Of a stretch of DNA of 64,000 nucleotides, positions 49,736-62,480 are shown piece after piece. The position numbers were made by a program, and so were the translations under genes. The stretch's first letter is position 1. Each line of letters starts with the position of its first letter. A model generated the notes under the pieces. The model ran no database searches. It saw nothing but the letters and a program-made list of their open reading frames with translations, and was not told the DNA's origin. Source of the stretch: Marsupella aquatica (taxonomy: Eukaryota > Plantae > Marchantiophyta); contig OZ316892.1 in assembly GCA_973895155.1 (NCBI GenBank), positions 26,125,233 to 26,189,232 of the forward strand. The letters are read 5' to 3'.

Positions 49736-50891
49736 TATTTGAGGTTGGTGGAAGCTTTTGATCGGGTAGGAAGCGTGTGTGTTGTGAGCTCTACTTGAAA
49801 ATGAGCGGTTGCCGATTGCAGTGAAAACGTTGCCTTGAGTTTGGCCCGAGGTGTTGCCAAACTGCATGATGGACGTATGCATGTTGGTAAGCAAGATAGA
49901 AAACGGTGGGCGCGAAGAAACTGAGGCCAGTTCTAGTTCTGCGCAGATCTCGCCGCACGCAGGTGTCTCCACGTGTTCTGTCATGCGAGGGTCAACCTGC
50001 TCTTGATGCACAGCAGGTCCAAGGCTGCCTCCTCAATCTCAGCTGTCATGGAGGTCGACGTTTTTCTCGAGATGTGAGATTCCACTTCTCGAACCTTCAG
50101 ATCTGGCAGAAGGGATCACCGCCCAAAGTTGTCAATAAGGTATGTCTGTCTTTCTTACATGCACAGAATCTCCAGTCCCATATTTCTACGCCAATCGTTG
50201 AGTTCTCGGGAGAGTCCAGCTTGGCTTGCCCTCTGCGCTCTGTGAGTGTTGCGGATCTGCTCTCTATTTTGTTCCATACTATTATTTCATAGAGCTGAAA
50301 ATTCTGTGGGTATTGCGACGCCTCGATCAGGCCTTGCAATGGTGAATACAGCAGTTAGACAGTGAACCGATCTTTCTGTCCTTCCATACAGTCGATCTTA
50401 GAACTTAGTAGGTATACTTTAGTTGACAACATTTCTCTTGCACGTAAATTAATTGAGACGGCTCGCCGACGGGTCTATCGCCTTGCGAGAAGTCTTGGGT
50501 TGCTGATATTGGGTTGCTGATATGCGGGTGTTGGGGCCGGGGGTGAGTTAAATGATCACCGAATAGGGAGATCTCGGGGCTTCGCACTGCCTCTTAGTTC
50601 ACTAAACAGCCGATTGCTCTTCTCTCCTTTCGATCTCTCTTCTTTCAGTACAGATCGATTCGAGACTATAACTGATTTGAGCTATTTGGAAAGGTTGTGA
50701 CAGGCGCGCTCTCAGTGAAAGGGTGATAAAAGCTTTGTTCAGTTGACAAGTTATTGGCATCGGATATCGCACTCAACAGCATATGGTTCCAAATCAGCTC
50801 TCACAGGCTCTTCTCGTCCAGTCTGGTGTCACGGCAGCATTCGAGGTGGATCGTGTGGCGTCCAACCTGCTCCAGGGTTTTATCTCGAAAG

Positions 50892-53190
50892 ATGTCCTCC
50901 AGCAGGATCGACGTAGCTGCACAGAACTCTGACGAAGAACTACTTACGAGGGTGAGGCCAGGCCATTCCATGAAACACTTAAATTTGCCGAGTACATTGA
51001 ATGTCCCCTAGCGGTAGCGAGATCGAGATCGTAATCCAAAGGTATACATGAGACTCTATTTTCTTGTGTCCTTGTGGTTTCAAAGACAGCAAACGACGTT
51101 TATGTGTGAAGTTCGATAGATGAGCTAGCTTTTGGTAATAGCTGACCTCTTTTAATTTTACCTTGTCGGACTACAGGATCATGGCGATGGTGAGTGAAGC
51201 TGTCGGGGCAGGCCATTCAGTCCTGGACGTGTTGTGCATAGATGCACAAGCGGCACTACGATGCAGACTTTGAGGAGAGGCGAATCAATACTGAGGGCGG
51301 AAGGATGATCAAGCAGCGTGGAGAAACGCGTGGACCTTTACCAGTGTTGTTCGCACATCTTGGCACTTTTCTCAGTAGAAAATGGATCGAAGAAGATATC
51401 TTGCCTTCGATTACCAGATTCCTTCTCCTCGAGTAACCTTGGGACATCCTGTAGGTCTGGGGTCACCTTCTGATAGAGAGATTACCTGATGGGCGAAAGT
51501 GGACAAATGCCGTGTGAGTAAGGTATTTCTCTTGTCATCCTTGAATACGTGCGTTGCTCTATATGTTACCTTCCACTTTACAGACAATTCACCTTTCATA
51601 TAGAGAGCTTCACGCGACTCCAGAGAACATGCTGGAACAGAAGACTGCAGAGGATTGTGGAGAAAATCACCTTCTTCAATGCATTTTCTACTGGGAGCAG
51701 TGTCAAGTCCACTTTCAGCGACTGGAACCTGCATGCATGGTGATGGCCATTGTTTCCCGAGTGAAGCATGCAATGGAAACAACACCGTGGAACGGATTAG
51801 TTGAAACTGACAAAAATAGTTGAGAATCAATCTCTGTACTCTACACTGAGATTGTTGCCACCTTGATCAAGTTGTCACTCGGGCCGTGACTAAGGCTTGC
51901 AAAAAGTCCATTCTCGAGGATTTGGATCAAATCATTAATGTTTTGAGGAGAAAAGCCATTTAACTATCAATATGGTCGTTGGACCAAGCGTGAATAGGAC
52001 AACTGATGGACTGAAATGAACAAATACCATGTGAAAGGTAAATACCTTGTCATCTTGGAATGTGTGCTTTGCTCTCCACATTACTGCTTACTTGACAGAC
52101 ACGTTACAGACATGCACTAATTATCTTGACAAGAATCTTAGTAATTCCAACATGTTTAAAATGTTCCTGGACATTTTGAATGTAGCGCACTTTCATGAAT
52201 GATGGGTGATATACCTCCCTCGCTCTACAGGTCCATGTATTGTCCTCTTCAGGCTTGTCCAACAGCCATATCAGTAGCTCAATGGCTTTTCTTCTCAGAT
52301 CATTAATGGTATGATCTGAATCTTCAAGATTGGACTTTTTGCAAGCCTTAGTCACAGCACGAGTGACCATTTGATCAGTTTGGCAGAGAGCGAATCTCGT
52401 TCTCATTTCGCCTCTCCACTATTTCTGTTTCAGTCTCAACTATTTCTGTTCCACAGTTAGTTATCTTTGAATGAAGCGAAATCTAGCTTGTATTTCAGAC
52501 GACTGTCAAGGTGAGAATTGCCAATGAAGGGGCTCTAGTTGGCATGATGAATTGCTTGTCGAAGCATGACAGCCAAAAAATAGAGGCAGGACGAGTTTTG
52601 GCAATATCTGGCTGGGACAAAAGATGACTCTCAAGTGGAGAATCGCCAATGAGAAATTATTGTCAAAGCATGACAACCATGAGTTACCAATGGAGGCAGC
52701 GGGGGCTTTGGTAAGTCTAGCTTGTTCTAAGATTGACTCTCTGAAGTTGAAAATTGCCAATGAGAAAGGGGCGCTGGTTGGCCTAGAGAATTGCTTGTCA
52801 AAGCACTACAGCCAGGAGTGACAAAGAGAGGCAGCAGGGGCTTTGAGAAATCTAGCTTGTTCAACTGATGAGTCTCTCCTGTTGAGAATCGCCAGTGAGG
52901 ACGGGACTCTGGTTAGCCTCGTGGATTCCTTGTCATTGTGGAGCTCAGCAGCGGCTTTGGTACATCTTGTTGGCTCAAAGGATGACTCTGTGAAGATGAG
53001 AAACGTCAACGAGGATGTTCAACAGACGAGTTTCAAGACAGGGTCTGGTTTGGCATATTATGTAGTCTGTCAAGACATGTCTATGTTTTGCAACATTACC
53101 CGGCCGGTGCTTTGAGAAATCTGGCCAGTTCGAAACTTGGTCCTCTGAAATCGAGGAACTCCAATGCGGAGGGGCTCTAGTTGGCCTCTC
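50892..53190 (+). pseudogene. Decayed U-box/Armadillo-repeat (PUB-type E3 ligase) gene
   Basis: U-box relic LRLPDSF...PV..SGVTF/DRE.I..W...KC at ~51405-51512. Tandem ~42-aa ARM units EAAGALRNLACS.D.SL.L.IA.E.G.LV.L at ~52480-53190, with in-frame stops and frameshifts. Confidence 0.65.
51787..52454. repeat. Long imperfect inverted repeat (arms ~51787-52001 and ~52240-52454)
   Basis: gtcactcgggccgtgactaaggcttgcaaaaagtccattctcgaggat...agaaaagccatt pairs with aatggcttttct...attggactttttgcaagccttagtcacagcacgagtgac. Confidence 0.88.
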
Positions 53191-54723
53191 GATTTGATTC
53201 TTACAATGGGACGACAATGACCTACAAACACAGGCAGCAAGGATGGCACCGATTCTACTGATCCAGATGCAAAGGTGAATCTGCACGAACGGAAGGTCTC
53301 CTGCAGGGCCCAACAACTTACTGGGAGAGGACGTGTCTCTCGATGCTGAAGATTCAGTAGTAGGAGCGCTTTGTACGATTGACCCGTTACTAGCGACGAG
53401 GTCTGTGGAGGAAACTTCGCTGACCTGTGACAGAGATTGTGACTCGAGATAGATAATTGAATTTCGCCAGTTTCAAGGTATATATGAGAAGCAGAGCTAG
53501 CTTGAGTCACGATCATGACAGTCGATTACCTCTCTGCGGCTTTAGTGCTTTCGACTTGTAGTAACCTGCACGGATGGGAACCAAAATAATTGTATCCCCT
53601 TGTAATATTCAATATTGAAATCGTTAACATGTATTTGATCATGGAGAAAGCTTTATTCAGGCCAGGGTAATCATGTTGCTTTGGGGCTGGAATGTGCTAT
53701 GGCATATACGTCTTGCTGTACGTGTCAAGATCTGCAGAAGTTACTTGCGTCTTTTGCAGGAATGTGGATGTCATTCCCGTGCTAACTGAAGAGATGGTCG
53801 ACATGTATCTGATAGGGAAACCGTTAATACTGATCTTAATTTCGAAAACAATCGTGTTGCATCCTTCTCCCTGCACTTCATCGCCGTGGCCTCAGAAGAC
53901 GGTCCCTTTAACGCGCCACTGTCCCCGAAGCAAAAATAAAATAAACGAAACATGAACTCAAGAAAGTAAAAAAGGACAAATGCACAATTAAAATTGGTAT
54001 GAAGTTTAATGTAGTACCATTGCAACCGCAAAGAAACATTACAATCAGATCCGGACACTAGTGAAAAACTTTTGGACTACATGCCTGTAAGAGGGACATA
54101 ACACAATCTGCTAAGTATGCGACGATCCCCACAACTCACAATCTCCTCGTAATTGAACTATACACTCCATGGGAAAACCCAAAACCTACCCTTATCCGTC
54201 GAGAAAGTGTATCAGCTACCTGTCAGAGCCAGCTACGGCTCTCCTGGTGATAGAAAGGGCCACTCTAGAAACCAACCGTAATCAAAGAACTCTTTTCCGA
54301 TCTTGTTTGTTAATGTAAAGGTGACCAAGCCATATTGAACCTCATCTGAAAATTAGAACCCTACTGTGCTTGAAATGAGCCGAAAACTGCAGGGCAGTTC
54401 GCCTGACAGGTAGCAGGTCCTCTTTCTCCAACTGCGTTTTCGTCCCTGATGATAGGCGTTGTCTGCAGAATATGAAATAACAATGTGCCATGAGACAATG
54501 TACTTAAGACTAGATAAAATAAATCTAAAAATCTCCAAAGCTAATGAGGATATGCAACCCGATCTCGAGTGAAAGCAGCATCTCAATGAACTGTTGTTTA
54601 AGGAGTAGGTGGGAATCTTACAAAGTATTACTGCCCTCAACAAAAACACGTGTACTTACTCAAAATCCTTTATATTATGCAAGCTGTGAATGACGGAGAC
54701 TAGTACCTTTTTCAAACATGAAC

Positions 54724-56664
54724 TTAGTTCCCATTGACTTCTGGAGCGACCTCGCGCTCTTCAGCAGCAGCTGCCATCAATTCATCAAAGTGTTCCGACT
54801 TGGCCAGTACAATCTCAACCTGCACATGTCATGAATGCTCTGAGAATATGGTGCTTTGAAGAAAACGTGTGTACAATCATAGGGTCCAGAAGAACACCCA
54901 AGCAGCTGACTCGACTCACAGCTTCGAGACAAAATTCGTACTATGGTACTTGACAAGGCTGCCAGTGTTACAAAACCAACTACCTCGTGACAAATACCTT
55001 AGCCTTCTGAATGGGTCTGCCCCTGGCCTCGTCTCTCATGTCAATAGTTGAGGTTAAGATCCCTACACCACAGATTTCAAACATAAGTAAAAGACGATGG
55101 ATGCTCCTGACCAGTCAACATTTGTCCCTGAGGGCCTACCAACTAGATGATGCACCTATAAAACCATTTCTACCTTCAAGCGATACCCCATAGTGTATTA
55201 GTTTTGTTCTTAAACAATCCCACAGTTCTCTAACATTTATTATGACGGCGCGTCTTAATTCGGGCATTCACCTCTAAGATCTACTCGAGCCAGGGCAAAG
55301 CTGGCAGCGGGAGAGTGAACAGCACCAGTGAGCTCGACACTGGCATAGGGAAATTCACATGACATAGGGGCCAGAATGGAGACCAGGGTTTGAGCCGCTT
55401 ACTTCTTTCCACGGCAAGCCCGTTGTTCTTCAAGATTTCAGCAACAGTCACCACAGTAGCGATGGCTGCAATCATATGAATGCTCCCATGTCATAAACAC
55501 GAGTCAAAGAATGAAGAAAAGGTTTACTGAGATGTCATCATTTCTGGCAAATACTAAGCAATGCATGATTGGCAACAAGACATTACATCCTTTTCAGCTA
55601 AGAATCCCCTCTTTCAAATCAACTCTATTCAAGTTTCCGCTCAGTATATTAATTTATAGGAAGTTCCACGAATAACGGCAACGAAGAGTCAAGTCTCATG
55701 AACACTCACCCATGCCCAAAGCTGATAGCTCCACTTCATCGTGTTGCTGCATGTATCTCTGAAAGAGGGAATCGAGAACAAAAGAAGGATCAGCATGTGG
55801 CAGAATAGAATGAAGATACTGAAATTATTTCAATGGTTACCGTTTACCGTCCGTAACATCCGAAGTTTTCTCTGGTGTTGGGAAAACTGCCATAGTAGCA
55901 ACCCCGTAAAATGGGAGGAAAAATGGCTCGATAGATAGTGAATGCAGTCGGCTGCAGGTTCCGGCCAAGGGGCAAATGATCGAAGGGGTAGCTAAGAAAA
56001 TTCATAACTACCTGCGCCACTTCAAATGCTTGTCCTGGGCAAAACCTCGCGAAAGTGAAATATGACTAATCGATTACAGAGCCTAATTGGATCTGCTTCT
56101 TCATGGTCAAATAAAACGATCAAGTTAAAGATCTTCGAGAATTACTTCCAAAACTATGTATACCCGTTCCAACTGTTTGCTGCGGTGGACATATCACAGA
56201 AGGTGTGCGCATTCAACAATACGGTGACAACAGTTTTCCACAATCCAATTGCAGGCGACGGCAGGATAAAGAATGGGACCAGATCAATCTGGCAAACATC
56301 TAGCAAAGTTGAGAGGCCAGTTCCATCCAATGAACTATGAAATCTCGACTCGTACCCTAGAAGTGAGCGAGGCAGAGTACTACGCACGACAGGTCCGGTC
56401 CATGATTTAACCCGAGACATGTTCCATCCAGAACGATATTCTGTAACCAGGGAAAAAGGAACAGGAAAACCAGAACCCGTTTATTAAGCCTTGCTCCTCA
56501 AAAATGGCGCCAGGACTCACCTTCGCAAGATTGACATAAAAGAAGAGCGGCTTCTTGGTGTTCGAGACTTGGATGCGATTCTTCTCGTGCGATCCGTACC
56601 CTAATTCCAATTTGCTGGCGTCTACCTCACCCTCGGCGCCATCCACAGCAACCACCTCCGCCAT
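54724..56664 (-). CDS. Short Alba-family DNA/RNA-binding protein; 5 exons: 56664-56521, 55758-55710, 55465-55403, 55062-54998, 54819-54724
   Basis: KNRIQVSNTKKPLFFYVNLAK-RYMQQHDEVELSALGM-AIATVVTVAEILKNNGLAVE-ILTSTIDMRDEARGRPIQKAK-VEIVLAKSEHFDELMAAA. Confidence 0.95.
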
Positions 56665-56717
56665 CCTACTATTCAAGTCTCGGAACGTAAACCTCCTCTC
56701 CTCCAGAACAATTTCAA

Positions 56718-56720
56718 CTC

Positions 56721-56758
<38 letters not shown>

Positions 56759-56783
56759 GTTTTGCTCTCTCTCTCGCTCTCTC
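56718..56783. repeat. (CT)n/(GA)n microsatellite in the Alba 5' leader
   Basis: Interrupted ctctct tract. Confidence 0.9.
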
Positions 56784-57232
56784 GTTTTGCTTGAACGTAA
56801 GAGATCTTCTGCGTCTGCGTCTCTGGTGTGAAATCAGAATTGCTTTCGAGACGAAATTGTAGGCAAGAAAACGAATCTTGCTACACGGCCACAATTTGAA
56901 CTCTGGAGGCTCCTTCTCGGTCGATCGATGTATCGATCAATTCGCTATTCCCAAACACGCGATCGCAAACAATGGGCAATTTCGAAGACGTCGAGATGGG
57001 CAACGTCCACACTATTTTTGGCGGGGACGGCAAAAAAACCCGCGTGTTGTCATATTTCTTATAGCGCGCCCCCACTGCCCCTCTAAAAAGAGCATATTAT
57101 TAATTTAAATATAGCTTTTAATTATTTACTTTTTATTTATTTATTTATTTAAAAGGAAATCTGTGAAATCTCACACAAAGGGAAGAGTAAGCCACAATAG
57201 TTGGGAACAGTCGGCCCACAATAGTTGAACCC

Positions 57233-57451
57233 AAGATCTCCTTGTGCTTCTGGTCCCCACAATAATAATAGAGAATGTGCTAAACTATTAGCTGGAGTGG
57301 AAACAGCAGCATTAAGAAAATTACATCCTTCTAAATAAGAACTAGCTAACGCATGAGTATACCATGCAGTTACAAAAGTTGTTTCTGTGAACCATCCACC
57401 TAAAGAAGAATATGCACAAGGGAAAAGCAATAAATCGGACCAACCTCCAAA
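57233..57451 (-). pseudogene. psbD: Nuclear plastid DNA insertion (NUPT): internal fragment of psbD (PSII D2)
   Basis: [73 protein letters not shown] versus D2 [75 protein letters not shown]-rich plastid codon usage; no start or stop. Confidence 0.95.
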
Positions 57452-59085
57452 TAGGACCTATCAGTCTCTACTCATTCAAGTGAGCTACCACAAAGTCATG
57501 TCTCTCTGGGTGATCTTTACGGACCCCGCTAGAGGTCACTTCCAAAATTCCTGGCTCCACATCATCATGGCGCGCTGCAAAGAAGAACAAATTGGTTTCC
57601 ACAATGAAATTACGTCACCTTTCATGTTTGCTACAAATTTTTGGTAAAATTGAGGACGCCATGCCGTAAATGATGACGTAAAAAGTAATCAAAAATAACC
57701 ATTTTATTTACCTTGTGTAACCACCTGTGCTTTAGCAATAGGCTCACCCTCCGTTTTATTTACCCTGAGTAACCTATTGCCCACCCTTTTTGTGAATTGT
57801 GATTGAATTCCGTAATTATCAAATCTTGCTGCCCAAGTAACCGACTGAGATAATTGCTTCTATATCTCAATTGACTGGATGGAATTTATTGTGGATCGAT
57901 ACCTGCGAGTAACCGACATAATGAATGGGCATAGTAGTCTTGGACGACACAACCCCCAACGTGGCTGGTAAATCGTTTGCAGCAAGCTCGTCTACGCTCC
58001 AATTCCAAAAATCCTACAGCAAAAGAATTTCAACAACAAACTCTCTAGAGTAGTTACGCACACAAGTTGGTAAAACTTAGTTAAATTTTGCTCGACTCTC
58101 TAGAGTAGACTGGCACAAGATAAAGACTTACAAAATTTGATGTGGGATGAAGCTAGATTGAACCTTGTCCGTCCTGCTAAGTGTCAGATGTCCAATGCTG
58201 TAATTTGTTGTATGAGAATTCCCAACCCAGACGTCGTAACCAGTGTCAACGAGCATGAGGGGAGACAATTTGAAGGACAATTCAACAGCCACAAATCACC
58301 AGCCTACTCACACAGCAAAAATGGTATAAGCTTTGCAATTGTCAATTCAGTTTTTGACGCCAAATCAAAAGCAACTAGCAATTCAATTGTGAGAGAGAAT
58401 GATCTGACTGCCCTATGTTCAGTGTCACACATTGTACAACACATTTATCTCAATCAAATCAAAACAGATAGGGGTCCACAAACTAATTCTTCTTCTTCTT
58501 TTAAATTGTCGTCCATTTATTAATACGCAACAAGGACACCTGCCTGGGGGAAGGAGGCAGGTTACAACAAGAGAAATTAAGGGGGCTGCAAGAAACACCT
58601 AGAGAAAAATGATTGCTTTTAATTACTTACTTTGCGACTAAGAAAATGGCCTTTGAAAAGGTCGCAAAGTTGGCCTTTGAAACCCCCATGGGACAACATT
58701 TCCCCAAATTTGAGTCTAATTGCAAAAATTTGATGTTCATAAATTCAAATATTTTTCAGTGTGAGGATGTGGCTAGAGAAGTAGGTAAGGTACACTTCCA
58801 TAAAAGTGACCATGATGTTTTGGCCATTTGGTTGAATCATTGATCATGGAATGCGGAGGGTGAATTCTATTAGATTATTTTCATTGCAATAATATGATAT
58901 ATTAGGGCTTTTGTTTTTCTGTGTCTCCTCCTTCTCTACTTGTCTTGCCAGTGAAAAACTAAAAATTATTTTAAGATTCATGATCATCAAATTATAAGCC
59001 CAAAATTCCCATGGACCACCAAAATGTGGTCCACGGGAGCATTGTGTCCAACATGCATGGTTGTCCATCTGGGCTTCACTTTCTG

Positions 59086-59253
59086 CCACTAAAGATGTTC
59101 AAAATGTCAATACTGTCACAATTATTTTAATTTACAAATATGTGAGGATTTAGTACATTAATGCTCACCAATGATACAAATTTAAAATTGACATATTTAT
59201 AAATACAATAGAAATGAAATGGTGTGATTGTAAATTGGAACATCTTTAGTGGC
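59086..59253. mobile_element. MITE, same family as 10094-10246, opposite orientation
   Basis: Perfect 16-bp TIRs gccactaaagatgttc / gaacatctttagtggc. The right end closely matches the reverse complement of the 10086-10118 sequence. Confidence 0.75.
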
Positions 59254-61617
59254 AATGTAGTTGAAAGTTGAATCTTAAAATTGGAAAGGATACTCCTAGA
59301 GTCCCAACTGGGGTTTCCTTTTTATTTTGGGCTGGATTTACACTCCAAATCCAGCCCTTTTTATTTTGGGCTGGTGAACATATGCAAATAAATTGAATAA
59401 ATTATACATGGCTATTTGCAATGCAGCAGTACTTTCTCGGAGTCCAAGTCACCAAGGCACTGATCCAACTCAAAAACACACAAACACTATGGTACTATGA
59501 TGGGCTATGAGCTTTAAGGCACCAAGATGATGGCTCAAACACAAAAATACAAGGGCAATACTTTTTGCATGGAGATGACCTTTGTAGCAAGAGCACATCT
59601 ACTGAAACTCCTAGCCAAATACTCTCAGCCAAATTCTCCCAGTCTTAAACCTCCAAGATTTTCTGCTTCAACCCTCCTTCCATCTACAGTGACACAAGAG
59701 AGAATTTCCTAATATTTCCACAAGAGAGAATATGTCAACCAATTTCAAAGGACAATTCAATACAGAATAGTCAGCCACAAATGCATAAATGGACATCTTG
59801 CACATTAGCCAATTTTATTCAAAGTAAAATTTCAGGGAATAAACTTGTGGACTTGGGTTTATTTGTAAATTCCAGAAAAAATCAAATTGCACCATGGACT
59901 GGTGTGGTGTCCCCAAGCACTACAGTAGCCAGTCTTTGCCACTTTCCCCAAGAATAGTCATATTTACTATCACTTTACACTATGATTTCTCTTTTAATTT
60001 CAGCTCTATAATTAGAATGCATAGCCATTTATTATGCTAAAAGACAAAATAACTACTCTATACTGCAGGATGACCCCCTATATTAAAAAATATAGAGATG
60101 GATTGGAGATGGCTTTGTTATCGATGACAACTAAATAGATCAAACAAGCAAGTGAATATCATAATCCACAATGTGTGCGGCTCTAGTATTTAGGATCCAT
60201 TGGCTCTGGTATTCAGCTTATGGGGATTAGCACTCAAATATCCAAATCTAAACATAATCCAGCACGAGGTTTATAAACTCCTTTGATTTCCAAGTTACAA
60301 TGATTTAGCACTCAACTAAGCAGAATGAGGCTTCCAGACTTGGACAGCACAGCCTAGTAAGTCGAAGTAATGCAATAAATGTTTTGTCTTACTTTACTGC
60401 ATTCGGACTATAGTTTAACGAGCTTCAAGGACAGTTTGGTCGCTGAGAATAAGTCTTTTGTATGCTTGGCAAGACCTATTTGGATACTTCGAGCTAAGAA
60501 TCAAACTATCAGAAGGCAGGAAAAGAGCATGTGGTGACAAGTAAAGAGTAATGTCAATCATCATCTATTGCAATATATATTTCAGGCCCCACCAATTATA
60601 ATATGGCTACTCTTTGTTTACGTCTCGAAATAGTACAATGTATGATGCAAACAATACGTGATGTATTTCATTCATCTATTGACAAGCCAGGAAACTCGTG
60701 ATACACATACAACATGCAGCTCAAAACGACCAGAGTGAGATCAGAGATGGAAAGAGCAACTTACTATAGAAAATTGTTGCTTGAATCATTCAACAGTTGG
60801 TTGGGCTTCAGTGAAGAAACTTATATACCCCTCTACGTAATACACCCTCTACCAGTTGCTGAACTAATTCTTTCGTCTAGAGACACCTTGAGGCTCAGTT
60901 GGGCTTCAGTGAAGAAACTGAGCTACCCCTCCAGATAACTAAATCCCTCCACCAAGTGCTGAACTACTTCCTTCGTGTAGACCCCCTTAAGGCTCCCTCT
61001 GAACGTGATCTGACCTTACAGTACCGAATATGCCTTATCTAGATCAAGAAGACGAGCTGGGAGTGCTATGTAGCACAAAATAAGAGAGAATGATCATCCA
61101 GATCTGAGACTGTTTGTCTTCTTGGGTTCGCAGTTACCAGTTTTCTCAATGGGACACAAGCCTGGAAGCGTTGGCGAGATGTCCTCTAGCGTGCTTTACA
61201 ACTCTGGATTGTATATTATGGTGACCAAGGAAATTGCAACCTTCTGACAATTCTTCGACCTCCTCCGCTTGCCTTGAGTGGAATACAACATCCTTGACTG
61301 CTGAATGCAAGCCAACCCTGCGAGAAGTGGAAGCGTCAAAGATAGTTTGGTTGTCTTGGACATGGACATACCACCGATTGAGTGGTGGTGATTCTAGAAA
61401 TTTCGCTTGAACTACAACAGGCGATGTGTTCTAATACAGAAGTAATCAAGAACGCCTATCCCAGAAGATGAACCTAAACCCTCACACAACACCACAATTA
61501 AAAAAAATAGCTTGAAGTTAATCAGCTAATCTATTTCCTGGACTCTTGGCCGGCACAAAGAAGTCCATCACAACGGTGTTTGCCATATACAAAAGTGCAA
61601 GAACTCACTTGCTGGCT

Positions 61618-62480
61618 TCATCCAGACTTTGATTTGGACTTTCCGGGACGTAGCAAAACTACTCCCACAAATATCAGCAGGAAAGATAGAAGGACGACCC
61701 CCGCCAGAACTGGTATAATTATGGCAAACTCTCGTGCAGGAAAATAACTGTGAACGAAGTGATCACTATCCACAAACGGCTGCCAAAAACAGGCAATGTG
61801 GGTTATTGGTAAGAAACAGGGTCAGATAAAGCTTCGAGATGAGACATGCAGGAGAGACGTCGACACACTCCTGAACTAGGTTGGCAAGCATTACCTCAGA
61901 CAAATTTCCAGAATTTTATCCAGAAATCGTTTCTAAGTAGGCGAAGAATAGCAGATCGGTTAAAAGTCAGAGGCAATATTATCCTCAACTAAAAATTCAA
62001 TATTCGAGATATTGCGACATTTAGTATATCGGATAGAAGTACAGTTAAACGTATCTCAGACATCATTACTCCCGTGTAGATTGCCTAAAAGAATCATAAT
62101 TGATCCGACTGCCATGGGCAGTGGACAAAGAAAGACTTCTGAGTCCATCATTTTGCAAACGAATATTCAACCTTCTAGGTCTCCAAATTGGAATTCCCTG
62201 TATACTATCATTGGAAAATCAGCACATTTATTGCTTGCCGAAAAAGAGCCCCGACTCACTTGATAGGTTCAAAGCGCTCACAAGGAGAGAGATTCATTGA
62301 AGATTAGGCAGAGGTATCGATTGCCGTACTGCTATTGCGAACCAACACAAACGGTTTACTTGAAGTATGTAGAAGATGTTGGACACCTACCGTGATGATG
62401 ACCCAAAACGTGTAGTAGCTGAACAAAGTGATGCTGAAGAGGAGGAGCGAGAATCCCACCGCTCGATCCCCGAGCTCCAT
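61618..62480 (-). CDS. DPM2: Dolichol-phosphate mannose synthase regulatory subunit DPM2; 2 coding exons: 62480-62391 and 61779-61618 (83 aa)
   Basis: MELGDRAVGFSLLLFSITLFSYYTFWVIIT-PFVDSDHFVHSYFPAREFAIIIPVLAGVVLLSFLLIFVGVVLLRPGKSKSKSG*; phase-0 intron. Confidence 0.93.

Noticed and set aside
50583-50600. gcactgcctctt, similar to the miR408 5' part
   Set aside because: Only 12 nt match and no complementary hairpin arm.
15788-62480. XYLT, polyol transporter and DPM2 as a glycosylation gene cluster
   Set aside because: They are separated by tens of kb of unrelated housekeeping genes, with no evidence of co-regulation.
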